Notes: generated by a model from the letters alone, not told the origin. 64,000 nt of DNA from Candidatus Micrarchaeota archaeon (GCA_020854825.1 JAHKLY010000002.1:64001-128000); one strand, 5' to 3'; shown: positions 39,267 to 48,950, counted from the stretch's first letter. Program-made: numbers and translations.

Positions 39267-39986
39267 ATGAAGTTTATAACAACAGGCGTAAAAGGATTAG
39301 ATAATATTTTAGGGGGGGGATATGCAGATAATTCATTAACATTACTTACAGGAGGACCAGGAACAGGAAAATCTATATTAGGTCTGCAATATCTTTATGA
39401 AGGATTAAAAAGAAAGGAAAATGTTATGTTTATTTCATTTGAGGATGATGGAGATATAATAACACAACAATCAAAAAATTTTGGTTGGGATTTTGAAAAA
39501 TATATTAAAACAGGTCAATTAAAGATATTAACATTTTATCTTCCTTCTACACATGTAGTTCATGTTATAGATACAATTAATAAAGAAGTAAAATCACATA
39601 AACCAAAAAGAATTGTTTTAGATTCAATTTCAGTTTTAAGTTTATTTGCAGAAATAGCTGCAGGAATTGAATTATCTCAGGCATTAAATCTTAAATTAGA
39701 TCAAGTTAAATTATCTGAAGAAGTATTGACCATTGGTGCAGTCATGGGATTATTATCAAAAATAAAATCCTATGATAATACTTCTTTAATTATTGCAGAG
39801 ATTCCTGAAGGAAAACAAGCATTATCAAGAGATTCTTATACTGAATTTATATGTGATGGAGTTATAAAATTAAAAAGAGATGAATTAACAGGTAAAAGAG
39901 AAATGTCAGTTATAAAAATGAGATTGGGAAATCATAAATTAACTCCTACTAAATTTACAATTGAAAAAGATGGAATAAAGATTTAA
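39267..39986 (+). CDS. KaiC/RAD55-like RecA-superfamily ATPase
   Basis: TGVKGLD..LGGG, GGPGTGKS, RIVLDS, DGVIKL, VIKMR. Confidence 0.9.
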   Translation: MKFITTGVKGLDNILGGGYADNSLTLLTGGPGTGKSILGLQYLYEGLKRKENVMFISFEDDGDIITQQSKNFGWDFEKYIKTGQLKILTFYLPSTHVVHVIDTINKEVKSHKPKRIVLDSISVLSLFAEIAAGIELSQALNLKLDQVKLSEEVLTIGAVMGLLSKIKSYDNTSLIIAEIPEGKQALSRDSYTEFICDGVIKLKRDELTGKREMSVIKMRLGNHKLTPTKFTIEKDGIKI

Positions 39987-40708
39987 ATAGTTTTTAAAAG
40001 TTCTAAAACTTGATTAAGAACTTCATCTTCTTTATTACAAATCAACCAATTATTTTCTTTTATTGTTTTTATTACTTCTGGTTTAGGAGTAAATATCACT
40101 CCATTTCCTAATTCTCGGATAAATGGAAAATCAAGATAACTATCCCCAAAACCTATGGAATTTTCTACATCTGAATTATGTAATTCAATAAATCTTTGTA
40201 CTGTTTTTTGTTTTCTTTTACTAAGTGTAGGTGTACCTTTCCATTTTCCAGTATATATTCCTTTTTTTATAGTATATTTTGTTGCATAGATTAAATCCGC
40301 ACCCAATAATTTTCCAAAGGGGAGTATTACATCTAATGGACTACCACTTTCAAGGATTACTACATAATTATAATTTTTGAGTATTTCAATTAATTCTTTT
40401 GAATATGAAAATAAAAATTCAGGATTTTGTTTAACAAATTCAAAACCTACTTCTAAAATATCTTCTTGTTTTTGATTTTTTATGCCTTTTGCATAAGCAT
40501 CTTGTATTTTAATACCGGTATTATAATATGTGGATTTTCCAGTTCTTAATTCTTCTTCAGCCCTTCTCATATTATTTAATTTTTCCGTATTAAATAGTGA
40601 TTTTTCTAACAATACTAATGGAAATTTTGTAATAAAATATCCCTTTGATAAGGTACCATCCACATCTAATACTGCAATTTTTTTTCCTTCAAAACGTTGT
40701 TCATACAT
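39983..40708 (-). CDS. HAD-IB (phosphoserine phosphatase-like) hydrolase
   Basis: DVDGTL, SGS, K and GDSYLD motifs. Confidence 0.85.
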   Translation of the reverse strand: MYEQRFEGKKIAVLDVDGTLSKGYFITKFPLVLLEKSLFNTEKLNNMRRAEEELRTGKSTYYNTGIKIQDAYAKGIKNQKQEDILEVGFEFVKQNPEFLFSYSKELIEILKNYNYVVILESGSPLDVILPFGKLLGADLIYATKYTIKKGIYTGKWKGTPTLSKRKQKTVQRFIELHNSDVENSIGFGDSYLDFPFIRELGNGVIFTPKPEVIKTIKENNWLICNKEDEVLNQVLELLKTI

Positions 40709-40835
40709 ATTTTATTATATAATAACACGTCTTTTAAAATCTATTGTTTAGTGTTATCTTTTTTGATTAATATAAACAAAATTAATTTTCTAAAAACCAG
40801 AATTTAATTTATTATATAGGAGTACTAAAATTTAG

Positions 40836-40959
40836 GACCGCGACCGGGAATTGAACCCGGGCCAAAGGATGACTGCAAGCTTCGTTTAATCAGTTTTTGA
40901 TCAAACTTTTTCTAAAAGTTTGCCACAGTCCCGTATGCTACCTCTACACCATCGCGGTC
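40836..40959 (-). tRNA. tRNA-His(GTG) with encoded G-1 and 52-nt intron at 37/38 (40871-40922)
   Basis: G-1 plus ACCGCGA/TCGCGGT acceptor with C73, T arm CCGGG-TTCAATT-CCCGG, anticodon at 40924-40926, CTGT/GCAG BHB central helix. Confidence 0.92.
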
Positions 40960-41062
40960 ATTTTAATGACAGCGAGAATTAGCAAACAGCTAATGCATCG
41001 CGGTCAAGCGAAGCGCGAACGCAGTAATTGGCAACAAGCCAATGCGATCGCGGTCAAGCGAG
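40951..41062. repeat. three copies of ATCGCGGTCA (tRNA-His 5' end) separated by related hairpins
   Basis: Copies at 40951, 40997 and 41047; hairpins ATTAGC-N5-GCTAAT and ATTGGC-N5-GCCAAT; AGCGA after each unit. Confidence 0.8.
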
Positions 41063-41129
41063 ATATGATTGTGATAATTTTAACTATTTGGTTAAAAAAT
41101 ATAAAAAAAGTTAAGGAATTAATCCTTTA

Positions 41130-41657
41130 TTAATGTTTGTAAGCAATTGCTAATGCTCCTAAAACACTTGTAATTATTATTGTTGATAACCCACATCCTT
41201 TTCCATTCTCATTATCAATTGCATTTACAGGAGAATATTTATAGTAGGTGTCTAAATTTTTATTAGAATTGTCTATTTCTTGATTGATTTGTGTAGAAGT
41301 ACTTTTTGTTTCCTCTTTAGGTGTTTCTTCTTTTTTAGGTTCTATTTGTTTATTTTCTTCTGGTTCTTCTGCTGGTTTTGTTGCTTTAATTTCTTTACAA
41401 ATTCCATCTTCATTTTTTGAAGTATCTATTGTATATCCAGAAGGACATTCACATTTTACTGCATGATGTACCCAAGTTCCGGAACTACATCTCATTCCCA
41501 TTAATGAAGGATCTTTTGCATAATCAGCACAATTTCCTGTCCAATATTTATATCCGCTGTCTTCTCCTTCACAACATAAATCTCCTTTACATTCTGCAGC
41601 ATAAGAAAGAGAAATAAATATTCCACATATTAATAAAATTCCTAATAATTTATTCAT
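41130..41657 (-). CDS. secreted Cys-rich protein with C-terminal Cys-TM-basic tail
   Basis: Signal peptide, Cys-rich domain, P/E/K linker, KGCG then hydrophobic helix then KH. Confidence 0.7.
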   Translation of the reverse strand: MNKLLGILLICGIFISLSYAAECKGDLCCEGEDSGYKYWTGNCADYAKDPSLMGMRCSSGTWVHHAVKCECPSGYTIDTSKNEDGICKEIKATKPAEEPEENKQIEPKKEETPKEETKSTSTQINQEIDNSNKNLDTYYKYSPVNAIDNENGKGCGLSTIIITSVLGALAIAYKH

Positions 41658-41769
41658 ATTTTTTCACCTTGGTTGATTTGGTCGTATTTAATTTAATAAG
41701 ATAACATATTTATTTCTTTTGTTTTTTAGAAGAAGGATTAATACAGTGATTTTTAGAAAAGTGGGAGAG

Positions 41770-42365
41770 TTAAATTTTAATTCCAAGTTTTTCTAATTCT
41801 TCAATAAATTGGTTATTATTTTTAAAATTTATTACCTGAAATCCCATTTTTAATGGTGTTTCAAGATGTTCGGTTCTATCATCTATAAAAATACAGTCTT
41901 CTGTAGTTAAATTTAATTTTTTAATTGCTAAATCAAATATTTCTTTTTGTGGTTTTATAAAACCAACATCACAAGATAAAACTGCAAAATCAAAATGTGA
42001 AAAAATATCCCTTTCTTTATTAATCTCAAAGTGTAATTTGGGTAAGTTTGAAATTATCCCAATTTTATAATCATATTTCAATTTATCTACTAATTCCAAT
42101 AATTCATAATTTATTGGCATTACTTGGAGATATGCTTCTTTCCATTTTTCAATTACATTTATATCTAAATTAAATTTTGTTTTAATTGTTTTTCCAAACT
42201 CATTAATTGTTATTTTCCCAGTTAACATATCTTTATTATATTCTTTTTCAATTCAATTAACGAGTTAAAATCTAGTTTCATGTTTTCAGAAAATCTTTTA
42301 TATACTGCTTCAACTTTATTTATAAGAATAGCTCCTCCCAAATCAAAAATAATTGCTTTTATCAT
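41770..42365 (-). pseudogene. HAD-family phosphatase interrupted by a 1-nt frameshift
   Basis: MIKAIIFDLGG from 42365 is out of frame with the ISN...KPQ..IF...FIDD part; total length 596 nt; likely break at the T5 run 42244-42248. Confidence 0.8.
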
Positions 42366-42398
42366 ACTAATATTGGATGTATTATTTTTATAAATGTT

Positions 42399-44441
42399 TT
42401 ATTTTTTGGTGGTTTTCTTTTTTGTTGTTTTTTTATATTTTCCCCAATCTTTTTTAGTTTCACAATTAACATCTAAACACATTTCAAATGGTTTTTTACC
42501 TTTTCTAATAACTCTTATAATTGGAGTATTACATTTTTCACAAATTTTATCTGTTGATTCTATCAATGAATTTGCAGGTAATGGGTAACTTGTGTTGCAT
42601 TTTGGATAGTTTTTACATCCAGTAAATTGTTTTCCAGGTATTTTTGATTTAATTACAATTAATTCTTCTCCACAGTTAGGGCATTTGCCAATTACATTTT
42701 GACTAGTTGTTTTAAATTTTTCAGAAAGAAGTTTACCTATTATATCTTCCTTTTCTTTAAATTTATCTAATATTGTTGTAAGTGTTTGTTTTCCTTCTTC
42801 TATAAGGAGATATTCCGCTAATTTTCCTTCTTGTATTTTTTCCATTTCTTTTTCAAAGTATTCTGTCAGTTTTTCATCTAGTATCTCATTACAATTTTTA
42901 CTTAATACTTCATAAACAACTAATCCAAAGGGAGTTACTTCGATACTTTTGCCATCTACATATCCTCTTTTATAAAGAGTTTCAATAATTGTTGATCTTG
43001 TGGCTTTTGTTCCTAAATTATGTTTTTCTAAAGTTGAAATTATAGATGCAGGAGTATATCTATTTGGAGGATTTGTCATTTTTTTATCTTTACCAAATTT
43101 CGCTTCAAATTCATCACCCACTTTTAATTCGGGTAAGGTTACTTCTTGTAATTTAAGATAAGGTTCATAAATTTCAAACCATCCTTTGTCCATTGTTCTT
43201 CTTCCCTTTATTGAATATTCTTCAGAATTTGTTTTAATGATTATTTCTTGATCTTCTCTTTTTGCTTCTTCACCAAAGCAGGATAAATACCTTTTAACAA
43301 TTAAATCATAAAGTTTCATTTCATTTATTCTTAGTTTTCCCATATTTCCTAAGGGATGAATAGCAGGATGTGCTGGATCCTCCTTTGTTCCTTCAAATGG
43401 TTTAAATGTTTTTACATATTTTTTTATTAAATCAGAATATAGCGGGAACTTACTTAATTTGTCGATTATTTCTTTATGTCCTAATGATTCGGGAAGTTTT
43501 TGAGAGGAGGTCCTAGGATATGAAATCATTGAAGCCTCGTATAATGTTTGAGCCATCTCAAGAACTTGTGAAGGTTGAAATTTAAATATTTTATATGCTT
43601 CAGTTTGTAAAGATGTTAAATCAAATGGAGGATATGGTTTTTGTTTAAGTGCAGTCCTCTTCATTTTAGAGACTTTAACTGGACTTTTTGAATTTTCAAA
43701 AGAGTTTTTCATTTCATCTTCTTTTTCGAATTTATTTTTAATGTGCATAAAAGTTAAATTCTTTGTCTGTGCCCATAAATCCCAATAAGGAGTTGGTTTG
43801 AAATTTTTAATTTTTAATTCCCTTCTTGCTAAAATTGCTAATGCAGGTCCTTGAACTCTACCAATACTCATGACTTTATATACGCCATACTTTCTTATTG
43901 CTTGCATTAAGGCTCTTGATAAATTTATACCATAATACCAATCCAAAATGTGTCTTGATTCTCCAGCATATGCATTCATATGATCTAATTCTTCCATTTT
44001 TTCAAATGAGTTGATGAGATCTTTTTTTGTTAAAGCAGAGAACTTCATCCTTTTTCCCTTTTCAGAATTACATGCATATCTAATAACATTATATGCAATT
44101 AAAGATCCTTCTAAATCATAATCGCATGCACTAATAAATTCATCTGCTTGTTTCGCAAGTTCTTCTATTGTTAGTATATATGCTTTGGTGTATGCAGCTT
44201 CTTTACTTACTTTGTATGAAGGAATCCATTTTATATTAAATACGGGATATCCGCGAGTAGGATGTTCCTGTTGTAAGGTATATACATGACCTACTGCAGA
44301 AACAATTATTATGTCTTCTCCATTTTTTTCTATTTCATAGTAATTAATGCCATTAATTCTTTTTTCTTTAACTTTTCCTTCTGCAAGTGCTGAAGCCATA
44401 GTTTTAGCTACTTTTGGCTTTTCACAAATAATCATTTTCAT
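42399..44441 (-). CDS. topA: DNA topoisomerase IA
   Basis: CEKP, DYDLEG Toprim, SIGRVQ, SYPRT catalytic Tyr, GTKATR, C-terminal Zn ribbons; start moved to MKMII. Confidence 0.96.
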   Translation of the reverse strand: MKMIICEKPKVAKTMASALAEGKVKEKRINGINYYEIEKNGEDIIIVSAVGHVYTLQQEHPTRGYPVFNIKWIPSYKVSKEAAYTKAYILTIEELAKQADEFISACDYDLEGSLIAYNVIRYACNSEKGKRMKFSALTKKDLINSFEKMEELDHMNAYAGESRHILDWYYGINLSRALMQAIRKYGVYKVMSIGRVQGPALAILARRELKIKNFKPTPYWDLWAQTKNLTFMHIKNKFEKEDEMKNSFENSKSPVKVSKMKRTALKQKPYPPFDLTSLQTEAYKIFKFQPSQVLEMAQTLYEASMISYPRTSSQKLPESLGHKEIIDKLSKFPLYSDLIKKYVKTFKPFEGTKEDPAHPAIHPLGNMGKLRINEMKLYDLIVKRYLSCFGEEAKREDQEIIIKTNSEEYSIKGRRTMDKGWFEIYEPYLKLQEVTLPELKVGDEFEAKFGKDKKMTNPPNRYTPASIISTLEKHNLGTKATRSTIIETLYKRGYVDGKSIEVTPFGLVVYEVLSKNCNEILDEKLTEYFEKEMEKIQEGKLAEYLLIEEGKQTLTTILDKFKEKEDIIGKLLSEKFKTTSQNVIGKCPNCGEELIVIKSKIPGKQFTGCKNYPKCNTSYPLPANSLIESTDKICEKCNTPIIRVIRKGKKPFEMCLDVNCETKKDWGKYKKTTKKKTTKK

Positions 44442-44550
44442 TAGTGACTTTTTATATGGTAAACAATAAAAACCTTTATAAAGAGAGGGAAGTATATAAA
44501 ATATTACATAAATTACCAGTTTAGCCAATATTAAATTAAAGGTGAAAATT

Positions 44551-45261
44551 ATGGAAAGATTAAAATACCAACATTATGAAGATTTTCAAAGAATAGTTGA
44601 AGAGGAATTAAAGGAAATAAAAACATTAACAGATTACAATTCTTGGATTAAAAAAATTATAGATAATTTAAATGATACATATAATCCAAATGATTTAATG
44701 AAATTATTTGTTTTAGCAACAGATACTACTCTTGATGTTACTAAAAAATATAATTCACAAAAAAAAGCATTAAATTTATTGAGAGATTGGGTAGTTCAAC
44801 ATCCCATTAGAGATAGAGCATTTACAAAAATATGTATGGAATATTTAGTAAAAACAAAAAACATAACTGGAGATACAGTTTTTAATATTTTAGATATATT
44901 AGACATAATGGGTGTAGATCTTAGGGGAGAACATAAAGACGATGAAGATTGGTTAAGAATGATTATTTTTAGATTTGAAAATTTAAAAAACCAAAAAGGA
45001 GAGAGCGTTAAATTAATAGTTGAAAGAATTATTTTAGAAGCAAAAGAAATTAATACCATTGAATTAATAAGTACACTTCGTGAAATTGTTAATAAAGCAG
45101 AATTAGAAATAGGATTAAAAAAAGATTTAACAGTTAAATCTCTTATTGAATTAACTTCGGATAACTCAGATAAAGAAGAATTATTAAAATTAATGAGAGC
45201 GTTTCCTATTAATCTGCCTAAAACACCAATACTTCCAAAAAGAAGGAGAATAGGTGATTAA
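44551..45261 (+). CDS. hypothetical helical protein
   Basis: GGTGA SD before ATG; no motif. Confidence 0.6.
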   Translation: MERLKYQHYEDFQRIVEEELKEIKTLTDYNSWIKKIIDNLNDTYNPNDLMKLFVLATDTTLDVTKKYNSQKKALNLLRDWVVQHPIRDRAFTKICMEYLVKTKNITGDTVFNILDILDIMGVDLRGEHKDDEDWLRMIIFRFENLKNQKGESVKLIVERIILEAKEINTIELISTLREIVNKAELEIGLKKDLTVKSLIELTSDNSDKEELLKLMRAFPINLPKTPILPKRRRIGD

Positions 45262-45263
45262 GT

Positions 45264-46442
45264 ATGGTAGAAAGAGAATTAATATATAAACCACTATATG
45301 CTGGATCATTTGTTCCAAAAATAGAAGATATTACTAAATTAATAACCCTATTTGGAAGGGAATTCTGCAAAGAAGAAGCAGAAATTGATCGTTTAGAAGT
45401 AAAAGAACTATTTTTAATTAATGAATCAATAGTTAAAATTAATAGGTTAAAAGAGTTTTTAAATATAAAACCTACTGATATTTTAAAATTTGAAATATTT
45501 TTAGATGAGTTTTTTGAAAAATTAAAAACTAAAGATTCTGAGTTTATTGAAGAGGGGATATATACATTAAATGAAACCGAAGAAATAGTGGAATTGAATA
45601 TTAATTTAGTATTAATAAAGTTTTTAGAAAATTCAAATAAGGAAGATTTTTTAGAAAGAAAAGCTGAAGTTTTATATTTGATAGAGCCATTGCAAAAACA
45701 GGGAATAGAATTATTTTCTAAATTTCTAAATGATTTTAATACTGAATTATCATTTACTGCAAATAATATTTTTAAGACAAAAATACAAGAAAATGAAAAA
45801 GAGATTATGATTAAGATATACTCTTATTTAAACAATAATACTTTGCCAGATGACGCACATATTTTTTATAAATTTATAAGGGAAGACCCAAAAATATATA
45901 GACATTTACATATAGACAAACCAGCAGGGTTGAGGATATTATTAGATTTAATCTCTGATAGAAATGAAGAAATATCTAAAAAAGCAAAAGACGAATTAGA
46001 AAAAGTTATGTATATCCCACATTTTAAACTCACTATTGCTGAATATATCAATGAATATGCAAGACCAAATGATATTGATGTGTTATATTTAAAGTTCATA
46101 GATCATGAAAATGCATTATTAAATATATCCACAGAATCTTTTAGGGGATTGAAAGTATTATTAACTGCATTTTTAGATTCTAGAAAAGAAGTTAGGGACA
46201 CATCAAAAAAAGTATTAGACAAATACATGCTGTCAAAAATGAATAGGGAAATATTGATTGATTATTTAAACTCTGATTATGTATGTGAAGCAGATATATA
46301 TTCAGTAATACACCTGTTTAATCAAAACAAAGTTATATTGAATAGGCGTACACTTTCAAAAATGTCATCTGTTCCATTACGATTTCCAAGTACTAACATA
46401 GCAATTAAATCATTTATAGAATGTTATTATGATGAGATATAA
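45264..46442 (+). CDS. hypothetical helical-repeat protein
   Basis: 392-aa ORF with a repeated GL..LL....D.R.E segment (HEAT-like). Confidence 0.6.
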   Translation: MVERELIYKPLYAGSFVPKIEDITKLITLFGREFCKEEAEIDRLEVKELFLINESIVKINRLKEFLNIKPTDILKFEIFLDEFFEKLKTKDSEFIEEGIYTLNETEEIVELNINLVLIKFLENSNKEDFLERKAEVLYLIEPLQKQGIELFSKFLNDFNTELSFTANNIFKTKIQENEKEIMIKIYSYLNNNTLPDDAHIFYKFIREDPKIYRHLHIDKPAGLRILLDLISDRNEEISKKAKDELEKVMYIPHFKLTIAEYINEYARPNDIDVLYLKFIDHENALLNISTESFRGLKVLLTAFLDSRKEVRDTSKKVLDKYMLSKMNREILIDYLNSDYVCEADIYSVIHLFNQNKVILNRRTLSKMSSVPLRFPSTNIAIKSFIECYYDEI

Positions 46443-46471
46443 TTTATTAATGTTAGTTGTTAATTATATAT

Positions 46472-47692
46472 ATGGAATTTAAATCAGAACACAATTTATC
46501 TAAAGCCAAAGGTTCGATTAAAAACGAACCTGAAGATTTTATAGTTGAAGAGATAATGACAGATGGAACTACTTTAGAAATTGACAAGATTATCCAAATA
46601 GAAGATAAACCAGGTAAATTTTTATATTTTGTTTTACAAAAAAAACAATGGTCAACAGAAGGTGCTATTTTTAGAATATCTAATGGATTACATGCTAAAA
46701 CAAAAAGATTTAATTGGGCAGGAACAAAAGATAAACAGGCAGTTACAACTCAATTAGTTTCTGGATTTGCAATAAATAAAAAAGCATTACAGAATTTAAA
46801 ATTAAAAGATATACATATAAATGGTATGTGGACAGAGAATAAAAAAGTTAATCTTGGAGATTTGTTAGGAAATAAATTTAAAATAAAAATTTCTGATTTG
46901 GAAGAAAAAGCAGAAGAAAAAATTCAAAAAATTCATGAAAAATTAAATGGAAAATTTGTTAATTATTTTGGAGAACAACGTTTTGGAACAATACGGCAAA
47001 ATACTCATATAATTGGACAGCATATTATATCTGAAGAGTATAATGAAGCAATTATGGAATTTTTAACAAATGAAGAAGGAGAACACAATGAAGATGCAAG
47101 ACAAGCTAGAATTAATTTAAAAGAATCTTTAAATTATTCAAAAGCATTAGAAGAATTTCCAAGATATTTAAGATTAGAAAGAACAATGATTGAATGGTTA
47201 AGTAAATATCCTAATGATTATGTTGGTGCATTAAGAAAAATACCACGGGGAATTTCATTATTGTTTGTTCACGCCTTCCAATCATATCTATTTAATTTAG
47301 AATTAAATGAACGAGTAAAAAATAAAGATTTTGAAGCAAAAGAAGATGAATACTATTGCAGGTTAAATTCATATGGTTTTCCAGATATTGATAAAAATAT
47401 AAATGCAAATAATAAAAGTATAAAAGTAACAGATAAGATTTTATGTACAAATATTATTGGATATGAGTCAGAAACAAATGAAATTGAAGATGAGTTATTA
47501 GCACGATTCAACATAACAAAAGAGAATTTTAAATTAAAACAATTTCAAGAATTAAGTTCGAAAGGTACTTTCAGACCTTTTTTTAGTACATATAAGGATT
47601 TTGAATTTAACAAAAACACAAACCAATTTAGTTTTTCTCTTTCTTCTGGAAGTTATGCAACTATTCTATTGTCGGAATTTTTATTAATCTAG
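46472..47692 (+). CDS. truD: tRNA pseudouridine(13) synthase TruD
   Basis: PEDFIVEE, AGTKDK, GNKFKI, NYFGEQRFG, HAFQSYLFN, GSYAT. Confidence 0.95.
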   Translation: MEFKSEHNLSKAKGSIKNEPEDFIVEEIMTDGTTLEIDKIIQIEDKPGKFLYFVLQKKQWSTEGAIFRISNGLHAKTKRFNWAGTKDKQAVTTQLVSGFAINKKALQNLKLKDIHINGMWTENKKVNLGDLLGNKFKIKISDLEEKAEEKIQKIHEKLNGKFVNYFGEQRFGTIRQNTHIIGQHIISEEYNEAIMEFLTNEEGEHNEDARQARINLKESLNYSKALEEFPRYLRLERTMIEWLSKYPNDYVGALRKIPRGISLLFVHAFQSYLFNLELNERVKNKDFEAKEDEYYCRLNSYGFPDIDKNINANNKSIKVTDKILCTNIIGYESETNEIEDELLARFNITKENFKLKQFQELSSKGTFRPFFSTYKDFEFNKNTNQFSFSLSSGSYATILLSEFLLI

Positions 47693-48332
47693 TTGACTTG
47701 TTTCCCCAAAAAATATTTTCTAATGAAGTTATTAAATTAACCAATACTCGTCTATAAGTACTTTCAATAAATTCTTGAAATATCAGTGGAGAAAATACTG
47801 CATCTTCGTGTGTTAAACTTCTTGGATCATCATATTTTGCTGCATATTCAAAATTGAATATTATATTTACTTTTTCCTGATCTTTTAATGCCACTTCAGA
47901 AAACAGTTCTGGATCTAACCAATCATCTCTACTAATTATCGGATATTTTTCTATTGCCCAAACAAAACGCAAAACAGATATAAAATCTATTGCTTGTCTA
48001 AATTCTGGATTTATCTGTATTTCTATTATCCCATCTTCTAATTTTGCAATAATATTTCCATCTTCTCTTTTATTAATAATTGTTATTTTAGGTGCTTCAA
48101 AGAATCCAGTTTCTACTCCTTCTAATGCATTTAGAGATAAAAGCAGGTCTTTAAACAAACCTTCTTGTCCACTTTTTAAAAATAGTTCTGGAATCGGAAT
48201 TTGAAAAATAGGTTTTTGTGGGGTGGTTAAAAAAGCAATTAAAGGCAAGGTATGAATTTCTCGTTCAAAAATATAATTTCCTTTCCCATCTCTTAAAGGT
48301 AAATGTATTCTGTTTAGTTTTATTTTTTCCAT
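47661..48332 (-). CDS. hypothetical protein
   Basis: 223-aa ORF with a TATA box just upstream of the ATG. Confidence 0.55.
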   Translation of the reverse strand: MEKIKLNRIHLPLRDGKGNYIFEREIHTLPLIAFLTTPQKPIFQIPIPELFLKSGQEGLFKDLLLSLNALEGVETGFFEAPKITIINKREDGNIIAKLEDGIIEIQINPEFRQAIDFISVLRFVWAIEKYPIISRDDWLDPELFSEVALKDQEKVNIIFNFEYAAKYDDPRSLTHEDAVFSPLIFQEFIESTYRRVLVNLITSLENIFWGNKSTRLIKIPTIE

Positions 48333-48444
48333 AAGTTTTATGTGTTTTTTTATCTTTATAAATGTTTCTATTATCTTTCAAGAATATCAATTTTCGGATT
48401 TTTTAATTATAAAAACATTTAAAAGGGAAACAACCATAAGATTA

Positions 48445-48708
48445 ATGGGAGATAGGTTGGGGGCTAGGGGTCCCTGTCCGCAAATCCCCTTAGGCGGAAC
48501 CGAAATCCGGTTGCGTTGAATAAAGTTTGTTTAGGCCTAAACTGAAAGCGTTGAAGGTCTGCCTTGATGGATGGTATGACTTATGAAATTGGTCAGGCCG
48601 GAAGGAGCAGCCATAAATATTTCATTCCATGCTATTAAGTCTCCAGGCTGGAGCCCAGGTTTGGGGCACCTAGCAGGCTTTATCTCAGCAATTCCGGGCT
48701 TCTCCCAT
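48445..48708 (+). ncRNA. ffs: signal recognition particle (7S) RNA
   Basis: Helix-8 signature TCAGGCCGGAAGGAGCAGC, terminal helix ATGGGAGA/TCTCCCAT, Alu hairpins with complementary loops, long helix 5. Confidence 0.92.
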
Positions 48709-48758
48709 CCTTTTAAATAAGTTATTGTAGCTAAAACTTAGACTAGGTATAATTTATT

Positions 48759-48903
48759 GTCGAGGTCGCCTAGCCTGGTAGGGCGCTAGCCTGCTAAGCT
48801 AGTGTGCTACGCACACGTGGGTTCAAACCTTTTCTCTTTTAAAAAAGAGAAAAACGTTTACGAAAAAGAGAAAACTGGTTGCCTAAAAATCCCACCCTCG
48901 ACG
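48759..48903 (+). tRNA. tRNA-Ser(GCT) with about 62-nt T-loop intron (about 48827-48888)
   Basis: Acceptor GTCGAGG/CCTCGAC, G73, anticodon stem CTAGC/GCTAG with GCT at 48793-48795, long variable arm, T stem GTGGG/CCCAC split by the insert. Confidence 0.9.
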
Positions 48904-48950
48904 TTTTTTTTAAACAAAAGATTTTTATATTCTATTTAAGAGATTAATAC

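Noticed and set aside
40951-41062. CRISPR mini-array, or att site of an integrated element
   Set aside because: The repeat is only about 10-15 bp, the spacers are homologous to each other, no cas or integrase genes are present, and the duplicated part is the tRNA 5' end.
40897-41133. 78-aa plus-strand ORF over tRNA-His and its leader repeats
   Set aside because: TTG start inside the tRNA intron on the antisense strand; explained by the GC-rich repeats.
42399-42435. Similarity of the TopA KKTTKKKTTKK tail to the H1-like mini-protein
   Set aside because: Low-complexity basic tails are common on TopA; convergence is sufficient.
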